Shown: piece after piece, positions 1-13,100 of the stretch
Position numbering within the stretch: position 1 is the stretch's first letter
Layout of the letters: each line of letters begins with the position of its first letter
Source of the DNA: Mobula hypostoma
Lineage: Eukaryota
Length of the DNA: 64,000 bases
Direction: 5' to 3'
NCBI RefSeq assembly: GCF_963921235.1
Contig: NC_086097.1
Location: 251,846,001-251,910,000 of the forward strand
The notes under the pieces: model-generated
What the model saw: only the letters and a program-made list of their open reading frames with translations
Databases searched by the model: none
Told to the model about the DNA's origin: nothing
Program-made: the position numbers and the translations under genes

Positions 1-404
1 AGCTTTGAAACGCTTTGGATATCTTGAGGATGTCAACATGCTGGTGTGATTCAATCCAAACATTTAAGAGAAGTTTGGCTAATTACATGGCTAGGAGGGG
101 TATGGAGGGCTATGGTCTAAGTGCAGGTTGCTGGGACTAGGCAGATTAATAATCTAGCACAGACTAAATGGGCAGAAGCGTCTGTTTGTGTGTTGTAGTG
201 TTCCATGACTTTGTGACTCCATTTTCTCTTCTCTGTCTGTTTCCTGCAAGTTTTTCTTTTTCCCTGTGAATATAACCCCATAATGTTCTGTACAGTGAAA
301 GATGAACTCTTCGTCTGCCTCATAGTTGGCCTTGCGCATTGGATGTCTGTCTGTACAGCACCTTCTTTGTAACTGTAACACTCTATTCTTCATTGTTTAG
401 AAAA

Positions 405-930
405 TCATAAATGCAAGAGATTCTGCAGATGCTGGAAATGCAGAGTACTTGTTTATTTACACAAGCACATCACACTCACTGAGGCATAGTCCCCTGACAG
501 CAGCTTGCCTTAGTCCAATCTTTCAAGTTGTCCCCAGGTGTAACCCATCTTCAAAGATCCTTCCTCGCCCAGCGATGAGGTCTTTGGAGCTTCTGTTGGT
601 GTTCCTGTAGCTCTGGGTTTTCACAGGGTGGGGTTGCTAGCCCCTTTGCCCAAACTCCCTCCTTTCACAGCCAGGCTGGGGACCGTCCATGGGAGAGTTG
701 GAAATCCAGAGCAAGACACACAAAATGCTGGAGGAACTCAGCAGGTCAGGCAGCATCTAAGGAAATGAATGAACAGTCAACATTTCTGGCAGGATCACCC
801 AATGGACACCCATTTCAATTTGATTTCCCATTTCCATTATAACTTGTCAGTCCATGGCCTCCTCTACTGCCAGGACGAGGCTAAACTCAGCTCGGAGGAA
901 CAACGCTGCATCTTACTGGAACAGACTCGC
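405..930. mobile_element. Penelope-like remnant (inverted terminal repeat plus GIY-YIG C-terminal fragment), interrupted by an RTE-derived element at about 446-700
   Basis: gatgctggaaat...cacaaaatgctggaggaactcagcagg terminal repeat; DHPMDTHFN...SVHGLLYCQDEA peptide resembles the 36.8-37.8 kb copy; tggaaat(g/c)cagag duplicated around the insert. Confidence 0.65.
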
Positions 931-1001
931 TCCCGGGGTACTTCATTTCACGTGAGAATAAAGCGCAAATGGATCTAACAGACTCTCTCCACCATTCACA
1001 G

Positions 1002-1144
1002 ATATAAGACGTTCCTTTCTGAGGATGCTGGACCCAACAGCCTGGTGGCTACCGTCCATGCCAAAGATCCTGATGGAGACAACGTCATTTACACAATCAC
1101 CGCTGGAAACCAAGAGAAAAATTTTGTGCTTGACAGCCAAAAAG
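1002..1144 (+). CDS. Cadherin exon 1 in window (YKTFLSEDAGPNSLVATVHAKDPDGD...DSQK)
   Basis: cacag acceptor, G|gtaaag donor; SED and AxDxD cadherin motifs. Confidence 0.92.
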
Positions 1145-4100
1145 GTAAAGTTATACAAAGGATACATTTTGAAAGCAGAATACAGGGTTACTGGAAGGAT
1201 TCTTGGCAGTATGGATGAACAGAGGGATCTTGGGGTCCACGTCCATTGAACCCTCAAAGATTTTGCGCTAGTTGATAAAGGTAGTTAAGAAGGTGTTAAG
1301 TGAGTTGTCCTTCATTAGTCAGCAGATTGAGTTCCAGAACCGGGAGGTAATGTTGCAGCTCTGTAAAACCCTGGTTAGACCACAGTTGGAATATTGTGTT
1401 CAGTTCTGGGTATCTCATTAGAGGAAGGATGTGGAAGCTTTAGAGAGGGTGCAGAGGAGATTGTCCAGGATGCTGCTTGGATTTGAGAGCATGTCTTGTG
1501 AGGATAATTTGAGTGAGCTAGGGCTTTTCTCTGTGGGAAGAAGGAGAATAAGAAGTGACTTGATAGAGGTGTACATGATGGTAAGAGGCATAGACAGGGT
1601 GACCAGCCAGAGACTTTTTCCCAGGGTGGAAATAGTTAATACGAGGGGGCATCATTTTAAGGTGATTGGAGGAAAGTAAAGGGGGGTGTCAGAGGTAGTT
1701 TTTTGCATACAGAACACGCTACCGGGGCTGGATATAAAGGCAGCTACATTAGGGGAATTTAAGAAACTTTTAGATAGGCACATGAATGATAGAAAAATGG
1801 AGGTTATGTAGGGAGGAAGCGTTAGATTGATCGTGGAGTAGGTTAAAAGGTCAGCACAGCATTGTGGGTTGAGAGGCCTGTATACTGCTGCTTGACAACA
1901 AATTTCACGGCATATGACAGTGACATTAAACCTGAAGCTTATTCTGATCCAGTACTGTGCTGTAATGTGATATGTTCTATCTAGAGACTGGTTTGTTCAC
2001 ATTGTGATAGAGATTTACTTTCCAGATCCCCAAAAGGTTTATTGCTAACTTCAGTTTCCTAGCACAGCAGCATGGCCTTCCCTGAGGGGTCGGAGTCGTT
2101 TGTGACAAAGTAAGCAGTGAGGTCTTGTGAGACAATAGGCTTAGGTTAATTGGTCTGCATCAGACCAGCAACCACAGCTAAGTCATTTGCATCATTGTGG
2201 CAGAAATCAAGGAAAGTTGCAGAACAGACTTAGCACATCAGACATGGTCACGGGTATGATCAATCAATAGTTGGAATATTTGTGTACTCAGAGAATCAGC
2301 CCTCACAGCATGAGTTTTGGATGTCTGGGAAGCATCTGGATCATTTTGGATTATTTTGTCCCAGCAAAGTTATCTGGAAAATATCACGTGCATGTAATGT
2401 CGACTAGTAGCAAAGCAGTTAGAAAGTTAGCAAAACAGTTAAAAGTTAGAAAGAATAGGGGATTGCTGGCAATGACAAGGAGAATGACAGAAAGAAGAGG
2501 TGACAGAACTGGAGTTCATTCCTGAACGTTTGGTTTGTGCAATGGATGACTCGCTCGTCTGCCACACGTTGGTTTGTTCTTCTAGTTTGTAAGAATTGTA
2601 CCTGTATTGGGAAATCCTGTATATTTTATAAATATTTTGGAATTCAGAAATCTTTTATAAATCAGAAATTCTCTGTGAGTTTTAAATGTGCGTTAAGAAC
2701 AATTTGTCTAAATTTAAAGGTGTATCATTAAAAACAAAATAACAGTGTTTAAACTACCTCATTAGACCATAAGACAAAGGAGCAGAGTCGGCCCATTGAA
2801 TCAAGTTTAATTGCCTACTCATCAGCTGGAAGTATCATCTCCTAGATAGGGAGAGGACCCACCACTCAAGCAGTGGGTATTGGCTGCTACACCACACCAC
2901 AGAGACTAGACAGAGAAGTAATGTAGTCCATCTAGAGTAAATGGACTCAAATAGGGAGGGTACCTGTAGATATCCATATCAGAAAGGGCTTAAAATCTCC
3001 TTTTCAGTTTCAGGCTATGCAGACAGGGAACTCAAACCATCACGTTTGAATTGTACACTGCTATTATAATCACCCAAATGGATGCAAAGTTCCTAACATG
3101 GTATTTGAGTCTAGGTGAGGCCTGAGGCCTCTGTGGATCAGGCTTGACCATCCTAGCTATCCTCAGCCCTGTACACAAGCCAAGGCAGTAGGATATTATG
3201 AAACGGAGAGCAAGCTGTTGCCCATGTAGCAGACTCCCCCTCTCCATGCAGCTGATAAATCCAAAGAAACGGCAGAGTCCGATACAGTTTGGCACCAGCA
3301 ACGTCTCAGGAGTTGCCAGTCAGTGTAGGACTGCCTTATCCAGGCCTGGATTTTTCCTCGGGGTTTACTCCCAAAGCCTTCCCCATGTGTGGGTATAGCC
3401 TCAAGGCAGCGGAGGGGTGAGATCGGAGTTTCCTTTCTCCTAGATGAGCTGCCAATCACGGCTGATGAGCCCCATCTGCCCGAAGTGACTGGTTTTAAGG
3501 TGCCAGTAACCTGTCTTTGCCCATTCCCCTGTCAGTGGAAATGGTTCCACCCGGCTAAGTAACTAAGCCACTCGTGAAGGCCAGGAGCTGGGCTTGGTTG
3601 TTAGAGTCTATCTGAGACGCACGCTATTGGGAGCAGTTAATAGGTAGTGGGAGCTTGTCCCCACTACTACCGCCAGCCTGGCTATGACAACATTAAGAAA
3701 CCTGTCCCAGATACCACTGCAACATTCACATAGCCCAGCTCAGCGATGAACTGCCCCCCACTGACCCCACACTCTCAGCTTGTTCAGTGTAGACTACAAG
3801 CCCCTTGTCGCACCTGGTTAGGATGTAACTGGTAGCACAACACTTTACAGTGCCAGCTGTAAGATAATGGTTCAATTCCCGGCGCTGTCTGTACGTTCTT
3901 CCCGTGACTGCACCGGTTTCCCCCCACATTCCACAGATGTACAGGGTAGGATTAGTGAGCTGTGGGCATGCTGGCACAATCCATACCGATTTGATACTTG
4001 GTAGTGTGGAGGAGCAGAGGGATCTGGGGGTACATGTCCACAGATCCCTGAAAGTTGCCTCACAGGTGGATAGGGTAGTTAAGAAAGCTTATGGGGTGTT

Positions 4101-7100
4101 AGCTTTCATAAGTCAAGGGATAGAGTTTGAGAGTCATGATGTAATGATGCAGCTCTATAAAACTCTGGTTAGGCCACACTTGGAGTACTGTGTCCAGTTC
4201 TGGTTGCCTCACTATAGGAAGGATGTGGAAGCATTGGAGAGGGTACAGAGGAGATTTACCAGGATGCTGCTTGGTTTAGAGAGTATGGACTATGATCAGA
4301 GATTAAGGGAGCTAGGGCTTTACTCTTTGAAGAGAAGGAGGATGAGAGGAGACATGATAGAGGTGTACAAGATAATAAGAGGAATAGATAGAGTGGATAG
4401 CCAGCACCTCTTCCCCAGGGCACCACTGCTCAATACAAGAGGATCTTGCTTTAAGGTAAGGGGTGAGAAGTTCAAGGGGGATATTAGAGGAAGGTTTTTT
4501 ACTCAGAGAGTGGTTGGTGCGTGGAATGCACTGCCTGAGTCAGTGGTGGAGGCAGATACACTAGTGAAGTTCAAGAGACTACTAGACAGGTATATGGAGG
4601 AATCTAAGGTGGGGGCTTATATGGGAGGCAGGGTTTGAGGGTCGGCACAACATTGTGGGCCGAAGGGCCTGTACTGTGCTGTACTATTCTATGTTCTATG
4701 TTCTATGTTGATTTGATGCAAACGACATATTTCCCTGTATGTTCTGATGTACATGAGACAATTAAAGCTAATCTTTCATCACAACCCGATGAATCTCATG
4801 GCCTGAAGAACTGCAATAGAATTCTCATTAAAATATTAAAAACTTAAAACCCAAGCTCAACCCTCCTCAGACACACACCTCTCTGAATTTACTGGAGATG
4901 AGGTGAGTAGTTGGTAGCCATGCCATGCCCTGGAGATGGGTGACCATAAGACCATAACACATAAGAGCAGAATTAGGTCATTTGACCCATCAGGTCCTCA
5001 CCACCATTTCATCATGGCTGATTTATTATCCCCATAATGTTTGATGTCCTTCCTAATCAAGAACCTATCCAAACTCCGCTTTAAATACACTCAGTAACTT
5101 GGCCTCCACAGCTCCCTGTGGCAATGAATTCCACAGATTCACCACCCTTTGGTTAAAGAAATTCCTCTTCTTCTCTGTTCTAAAGGCACGTACCTCTATT
5201 CTGAGGCCGGACACTTTGGTCCTTGACTTCCACACTACAGGAAACATCCCCTCCACATCCTCTCCATCTAGGTCTTTGAATATCCAAAAAGATTGAATGA
5301 GATCCCCCCCTCATTCTAATAAACTCCAGTGAGAACAGGCTGAGAGCCATCAAACATTCCTCATATGTTAACCCTTTCAATCCTGAGACTGTCTCCAATG
5401 GCAGCACATCTTTTATTCATTTACTTATTTGTATCTATTGAGATACAGCATGGAACAGGCCCTTCTGGTCCTTCGAACTGCACTGCCCAGCAATTCTATG
5501 ATTTAATCCCAGCCTAATCGCAGGACAATTTACAACGACCAATTAACCTACCAACCAGTACATCTTTGGACTGTGAGAGGAAACCAGAGCACCTGGAGAA
5601 AACCCATGCAGTCACAGGGAGAATGCACACAGTTTCTTAGTTAAGGGGCCCAAACCTGCTCACAATATTCCAAGTGCGATCTGACCAATGCCTTACAAAG
5701 CCTCCGCATTACATCCTTGCCCTTATATTCTAGTCCTCTTGAATTGAATGCTGGCAGGTTAAGTTTCATGTTCAAGAAGTAGAAAGATGAACAGGACAAG
5801 AAATTTCACCGTTGGTTGGAGCGGGAGTGCCCACTGCAATCTTGTGAAATCAAGTTTCCAGATAATCCGACCAAAATGGTAAACTCTGTGACGATTTCAA
5901 CCAATAACAGGTATTATAAAGCTTCGGAGAAGCCCACCGCCAAAACTGCAAGGACCTCAGTATGTGCTAAACATCACAGCAACAGACGACAACTCCTCCG
6001 GAGGCCCAAGGCCTCTCAGCAGCGTTGCTCAAGTGAGTGTGGGCATCGATGACGTGAATAACAACAAGCCCGTCTTTCCAGAGGTACGTGCCTCTCTCAT
6101 ACCTCCAGCGTAATGGCGTAAATAAGCTAGAGTCACATACAGCAACAGAACATTGTCTTCATATCATTTATTCACTTTTTTATTATTTACACGGTTCGTC
6201 TCCTTTTGCACATTAGTTATTTGTCAGTCTTTGTCGTTTTTTAGTTTTTCATAAATTCTATTGTATTTCTTTATTTTCCTGTAAATGCCTGCAAGAAAAT
6301 GAATACGCCGATATATACCTACTTTGAACAAATGAAGGTGGGGGAATTGAAAAAAAAGAACACAGATGTAATGCAGAGATCTTTTCAGACATTGGTCAGA
6401 ATGCCCTCGGACTATCGTGAGCAGCATATAAGAAAAGATAGACCATAACACCGTAAGACTTAGGAGGAGAATTAGGCCATTCAGCCCAAATATGTTCTGC
6501 CATTCCATCATGGCTGATCCTGGATGCCACTCAACCCCGTACACCTGCCTTCTCGCCATACCCTTTGATGCTCTGACTGATCAGGGAACTATCAACTTCT
6601 GATTTAAATATACACACAGACTTGGCCTCCACCGCAGTCTGTGGCAGAGCATTCCACAGATTCACTACTCTCTGGCTAAAAAAAATCCTCCTTACCTCAG
6701 TTCTAAAGGGTCGCCCCTCAATTTTGAGGTTGTGCCGTCTAGTTCTGGATACCCTCACCAGAGGAAACATCTTCTCCACATCCACCCCATCTAGATGTAA
6801 CGTCAGTCATCTGTTGTGCTGACCTTAGAGAGAGTCCAGAGGAGGTTTACAAGAATGATTCAAGGCATGAAAGGGTTAATGTATGACGAGCATTTGATGA
6901 CTTTGGGCCTGTACTCATTGAAGTTTAGAAGAATGAGAAGGGTCTTATTGACACCTGTTGAATGTTGAAAGACCAAGATAGATGTGGAGAGGATGTTTCC
7001 TATGGTGGGGGAGTCTGAGACCAGAGGACACAGCCTCGGAATAGAGGGATGTCCATTTAAAACAGAGGCGAGGAGGAATTTCTTTAGCCAGAGGATGGTG

Positions 7101-10100
7101 AATTTGAGGAATTCATTGCTACAGAAGGCTGTGGAGGCCAAGTCATTGAGTATATTTAAAACGGAGGCTGAAATATTCTTGATTAGGAAGTGTGTCAAAG
7201 GTTATGGAGAGAAGGCAGAAGAATGGGATCGAGAGGGATATTTACTTTAATATTTATTTATATATATACTGTGTGTGTATATACATATATATACTGTATA
7301 TGTATTTCTTATTGTAATTTATAGTTTTGTTAATTATATATTGCAATTGACATGTGCCAGTGATGCTAAACCTGATTCTGATTCTGAAATCGACTTAGTT
7401 TGAGAACCAGTTCTTTCAAATGACCCTTTTTCATTTGTATGTCCGTACCTCTGCTTGGTCGGGTGTTTCCCTTTCTAACAGGTGGCCTGCAGGTCAAGTA
7501 GGTACACAGAAAGAACTGATACTGTTGTGTTTTACAACTTCATGAACACTAAGTTGATGAGATTTATTTTTCTGATGGTTCTATCAGTGTTTAAAGTACA
7601 GTGAAGATGCCTGTGTCTTGGAAAACCAGCCTCCTGGAACCTTTGTGCTACAAGTCAAAGCCTTCGATGCCGACCTTGGAGTGAATGGACAGGTGAAATA
7701 TGGACTCATGCTGCGAGACGGAGTGACTCCTGCTTTCCGGATTAATCCGGACACCGGTGAGTATCGTGTTCTGTACCCATGCAAATAAAAACTTCAGTGA
7801 CAGACTGAGCAGAAACTAAATATCCAAGGTATCTAAGTGGGGCAGTCTAGGACCAGAGAGCACAGCCTCAGGACTGAAGGACGTCGACTTAGAACAGAGG
7901 TGAGGAGGAATCTGTGGAATTCACTGCCACAGGCAGCTGTGGAGGCCAAGTCTTTTGGTATATTTAAAGTGGATATTGATACGTTCTTGATTAGTAAGGG
8001 CATTAAAGGTTACAGAGAAAAGGCAGGAGAATGAGGTTGAGAGCAAAAACAAATCAGACATGATGGAATAGCACAGCAGGCTTGGTGGGCTGAATGGCCT
8101 AATTCTGCTCCAATATCTTATGGTACCAAAGATAGTTTTCACTCAAAGGCTTAAAGATTAGCTTTATTTGTCACATATACATTGACACATTGAAACATAC
8201 AGTGAAGTATGTTATTTGCGTCAAATCAAATCAGCAGGGATGTGCTGGAGGAAGCCCAGAAGTTTTGCCCTGCTTCCGGCATCATCACGGCTGGCTCACA
8301 ACTCACGAACCCTAGGCATGCATCTTTGGAATGTGGTAGGAAACCGGAGAACTCTGCCCAGAAACCCACCTATTTAGTGAACCCATGAATACTACGCACC
8401 GTTCATCTTTCAAATTATTTATTTATTTATTTGTAATTTACAATAGTGCCTATGTCTCACATTGTACAGGTGCCACAAAACAATTTCACAACATATTAGA
8501 ATCTGAATCGGAATCAGGTTTAATGTCATTGGCGTATGCCATAAAATTTGTTGTTTTGCAGCAACTGTACGTTGTAATGCATACATAATAAAAACTGTAA
8601 ATTACAAAAGAAAATATTTATATAATTTTTAATTAAATAAGTACAGTAGTGCAGAAAAAGAGCAAAACAAAGGAAAACAATACTGAGTTAGTCTACATGG
8701 GTTCAATGTCCATTCAGAAATCTGATGGCAGAGGGAAAGAAGCTGTTCCTGAATCATTGAGTGTGTGTCTTCAGGTTTCTGTACCTCCTCCCTGATGGTA
8801 GCATGTCCTGGGTGATGGGGTCCTTAATGACGGATGCCGCCTGGTTCTGATTCTGGATTCTGATTTATATCTGTTTAATATCCAAAGGTGACTGCAAGGC
8901 AAACTAATTTCTACCTGATCAGCCCAAATATAAGGTTGTTTTCAAGACATACAGAACCCTTAACATTCGCAGGGTATATATTGTAGATGGAGAAGCAGTT
9001 TCCAAAAATAACAAATGCCATTTATTCCCCGCTAATTCTGAGACAGATGGTGCAGAGCTGAATACGGTTTTTACTTGATGGGAGATTTGCCCTGACTCTA
9101 GCCAGAGTGATAAGTCACAACGGTCAGTGACACAGCAGTGTAAAGGTTTACACTGTCAGTGGGTAGCGATCAGGCTTCGGTTCCCATTGCTCTCTGAAAG
9201 GAGTTTCTATGTCCTGCCGTGGCTACGTGGGATTCCACCGGGTGCTCCAGTTTCCTCCCACAGGCCGGGGTTAAGGCTAGTGAGTTGTGGGCATGCTATG
9301 TTGGTGCCGGAAACACGGTGACACTTGCGGGCTGCTTTCAGCATATCTCGGACTATGGCGGACGTTGATGGTCAGGGTACATTTCACTGTAAGTTTCGAG
9401 GTTTCGATGTACACATGGTTAATAAAAGAAATCCAGTCAAATCTAGTCACAGGCAGAGACACCCCAGACTGTTAATGGTACAGTTGGTGCTTTACTGGTT
9501 GCAGAATCTGTGCACAGAGAGGCAGTGGTCCCAGACTCTTCATCAGAAAGCTGTTTCACTTCTGATGAGGACTGAAAGTGTGAACCGCGTGATGATTTGA
9601 TCTTTATGAACGGTATGCAAGACAACATTTTCACTGTACCTCGGTACATGTGATAATGATACAGCAATTTACCAATTTAGGATCATGTATTAAAATTTTA
9701 ATTGAATATGAAGTAAAAAATACCCGATGCATAATGGGGCCTGATGACGCAGCCTCAGAACAGAGGGATGTCTATTTAGAACAGAGATGAGGAGGAATTT
9801 CTTCAGCCAGACCATGGTAGATTTGTGGAATTCATTGCCACTGATGGCTGTGGAGGCCAAGTCATTGGGTATATTTAAAGCAGAGGTTGATAGGTTCTTG
9901 ATTAGTAAGGGGATCAAAGGTTATGGGCAGAAAGCAGGAGAATGGGGTTGAGAGGGATAATAAATCAGCCATGATGGAATGGCAGAGCAGATTTGAAGGG
10001 CTGAATAGCCTTATTCTGCTCCAATGTCTTGTGGTCTTAAGGTCTTATCCTGTGATACCAATTGCTTTGGTAGGTTCGATTACCACAACACAGAGTTTTG

Positions 10101-13100
10101 ACCGGGAGAGGCAGCGAGAATACACCGTGTCCGTGACTGCGACTGACCAGGCCCAGGAGCCGCTGATTGGCGTCTGTCAGCTGACTATACTCATTGCCGA
10201 CGAAAATGACAACGACCCGAAGTTTGAGAACAGTCGCTATCAATGTAAGCACCAAGCCACAGGTGCCACCAACTGATAAGTGGCTCTACAGAGCCAGTTT
10301 TCTAATCGTTAATCGTTTTAGACTCGATGTTGGACTTTATGCAAGGGTCGGTTACACAAGAGATTCTGCAGATGAAATACTGAAATCCACATACAAGATG
10401 CTGGAGGCCAGGCAGCATCTATGGAAATGATAAACAGTCAACGTTTCGGGCCAAGACCCTAAGGACAGGAAAGGAAGGGGGGAGAAGTCCAAATAAGGTG
10501 TGGGGAGGGGGAGGAGTGCAAGCTGGCAGGTGATGAGTGAGACCAGGTGAGGGGGAAAGTGGAGGGGGTGAAGTGAGAAGCTGGGAAGAGATGGAAGAGC
10601 TGTACCTTTTCCTTCCCTTTCTCACATCGTCCATTCTCCTCTCCTATCCATTGCCCCCACTCGCTTCTTTTGAACGCTCTCTCCCTCTACACCATCCAGT
10701 ATCTCCTTGGGAACTGTACTGCTCAAAGTGTGCCACTTGCCTCCGATCGCTTCTTTTAAACTCTCTCCCTTTATTCAGTCTGGTGTCTCCTCGAGAACAC
10801 CCACTCCAGTAGGTCACACTGTATTGTTTATCTGTTTGTTTATTTATTTATTTTATTTGCACAGTGTGTCTTCTTTTGCACGTTGCCTGTTTGTCTGTCT
10901 TTGTGTGTAGCTTTTCATTGAGTCTATTGGACTTCTGTGAACGCCTGCAAGAAAATACATTCGGGTTAGGGTTTGGGCAGTATATGATGTCATATATGTG
11001 CTTCCATAATAAATTTATTTTGAACTTTGAAATCTATCTTGTAGCAGTAATATGCTACATCACTCATTTCTCTGCTTAAATGAGAATATCCCAGACAATC
11101 AGTAAGTGAGACAAGGAGGAATAATTAGGTTCAAATACAGTTTTAAGAAGTCTGTGCCCATAACAATGCGAGGAATATTTTCCTTCTGTTCCTAGATTAC
11201 TTGCGGGAGGACACGCCAGTTGGCACGAGTTTCCTGCGAGCAGCGGCTCATGACGATGACCATGGGACCAATGCAGCCATCACCTATTCGATATCAGGGC
11301 AGGAGCCGGAGTATTTCCAGATCAGCCCCAGCACAGGCTGGATTTATGTCAATCACCCTATTTCCCAGGTAAGACAATTACATCCTCAGTATTGGGAGTG
11401 GAATTGGACAGAACATCTTCAGGGTCCTGCTCAAGAGAATCTGCAGTTGCTGAAAATCTGGGGTAACAAAGACAAAATTCTGGAGGAACTCAGCAGGTTG
11501 GCAGTATATATGGAGAGGAATAAAAAGTCAAAATTATGGGCCAAGACCTTCATAGTCATAGTCATAGTCATAGTCATACTTTATTGATCCCAGGGGGACT
11601 GGAAAGGAAGAGGGAAGGCACCAGAATAAGAAGGTGGGAGAAGAGAAGGAGCACAAGATGGAAGGTGACAGGTGAAGCCAGGTGGGTGGGGAAGGGGGTT
11701 GAGAGTCATAGTCATAGAACACTACAACACAGAAACTGGCCCTTTGGCCCATCTAGTCCATGCCAAGCTGTTAATCTGCCTAGTCCCATCCACCTGCACT
11801 TGGACCATCGCCCTCCTACCCCTACCATCCAAGTAGCTATCCAAATTCCTCCTAAATGTTGAAATTGACCCTGCATCCATCACTTACACTGGCAGATTGT
11901 TCCACATTTGCATCACCCTGAGTGAAGAAGTCTCTCCCCATGTTCCCCTTAAACATTTCACCTTTCACCCTTAAACCATGAACTCTAGTTATAGTCTGAC
12001 CCAGCCACAGCGTCAGTTCAGCGCAGAGTTGAGTAATCATTGTGGAGCAGTGAGCAGAACCGGCTTGACCCTCACCTCTGGTCCCAGTACCCTATTCAAC
12101 CTTCCTCTGTAACTCTGTTCAAGTACTGGTGAAACCCCAGTAAACCTTCCGTGTTCAATTACTGGTAAAACCTCAGTAAACTTTCCGTGCAGTATTTCAA
12201 TCTATTTGCTCAGTGAATTGTAAGGCTGAATTTTGGGGTGAATGGATGTTCTAATCATCGTTACCGCTTTCTGGATTGTTAGGTGACTTGCAAAGGTTTA
12301 TTCATGGAGATTTTGTCACTGATCTGTGCAAACTCATGAACTGAGTTGTGTTACAACATGATGGACATCACAGCTCTTCACTTGGCTTTAGTGAGAACTT
12401 GTCATCATCACCATCATCATCATTACGTGCCGTGTCAGATGATGTGGGTGATCGCGGTTTTTCCATGACCATGATTGTTCTTGGCAAAATTTTTCTACAG
12501 AATTGGTTTGTCATTGCCATTCTTCTGGGCAGTGTCTTTACAAGATGGATGACCCCAGTTATTATCAATGCTCTTCAGAGATTGTCCTTATAGCGTCAGT
12601 GGTCACATAACCAGGACTTGTGATACGCATCGGCTGCTCGTACAACCATCCACCACCTGCTCCCGTGGCTTCATGTCACCCTGATCGGGGTGATACCCCT
12701 TGCCCAAGGGTGACCTGCAGGCTAGCAGAGGGAAGGAGCACCTTACACCTCCTTTGGTAGAGATGATTCTGCACCCTCTTGTATATTGCAGAACTTGTAC
12801 CTTTTGCAAAAAAACACAATGCAGTTATTTTACAGTCCCTTCAGAATAATAAGGATAAAAATAGATTATTTTCAAAATGAAATTATAATTATCTACTTTA
12901 TTTTTATTGCGTTTTCGATTTATAGAAAAATTCAAATCCATTTACAGTAATATTTTTAATATACTTTGTTAATGTTATTGCTGCTAATGACATAGCAAAT
13001 TTGAACAGAATCAGGGAAATTGTATCATGATGAAGTATTTTACAACCATTCCCGTTAGTCTGAAGATGCCTTCAGGTCTGGTTATTATCGATATCTGGGG

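Noticed and set aside
12116..12190. Two ~36-bp repeats with an internal palindrome (CRISPR-like size)
   Set aside because: Only two adjacent copies, no spacers, no cas genes, vertebrate intron; a simple tandem duplication.
12680..12775. Possible HDV-like ribozyme at the 5' end of RTE-type elements
   Set aside because: I could not assign the nested double pseudoknot by eye; it needs a motif search.
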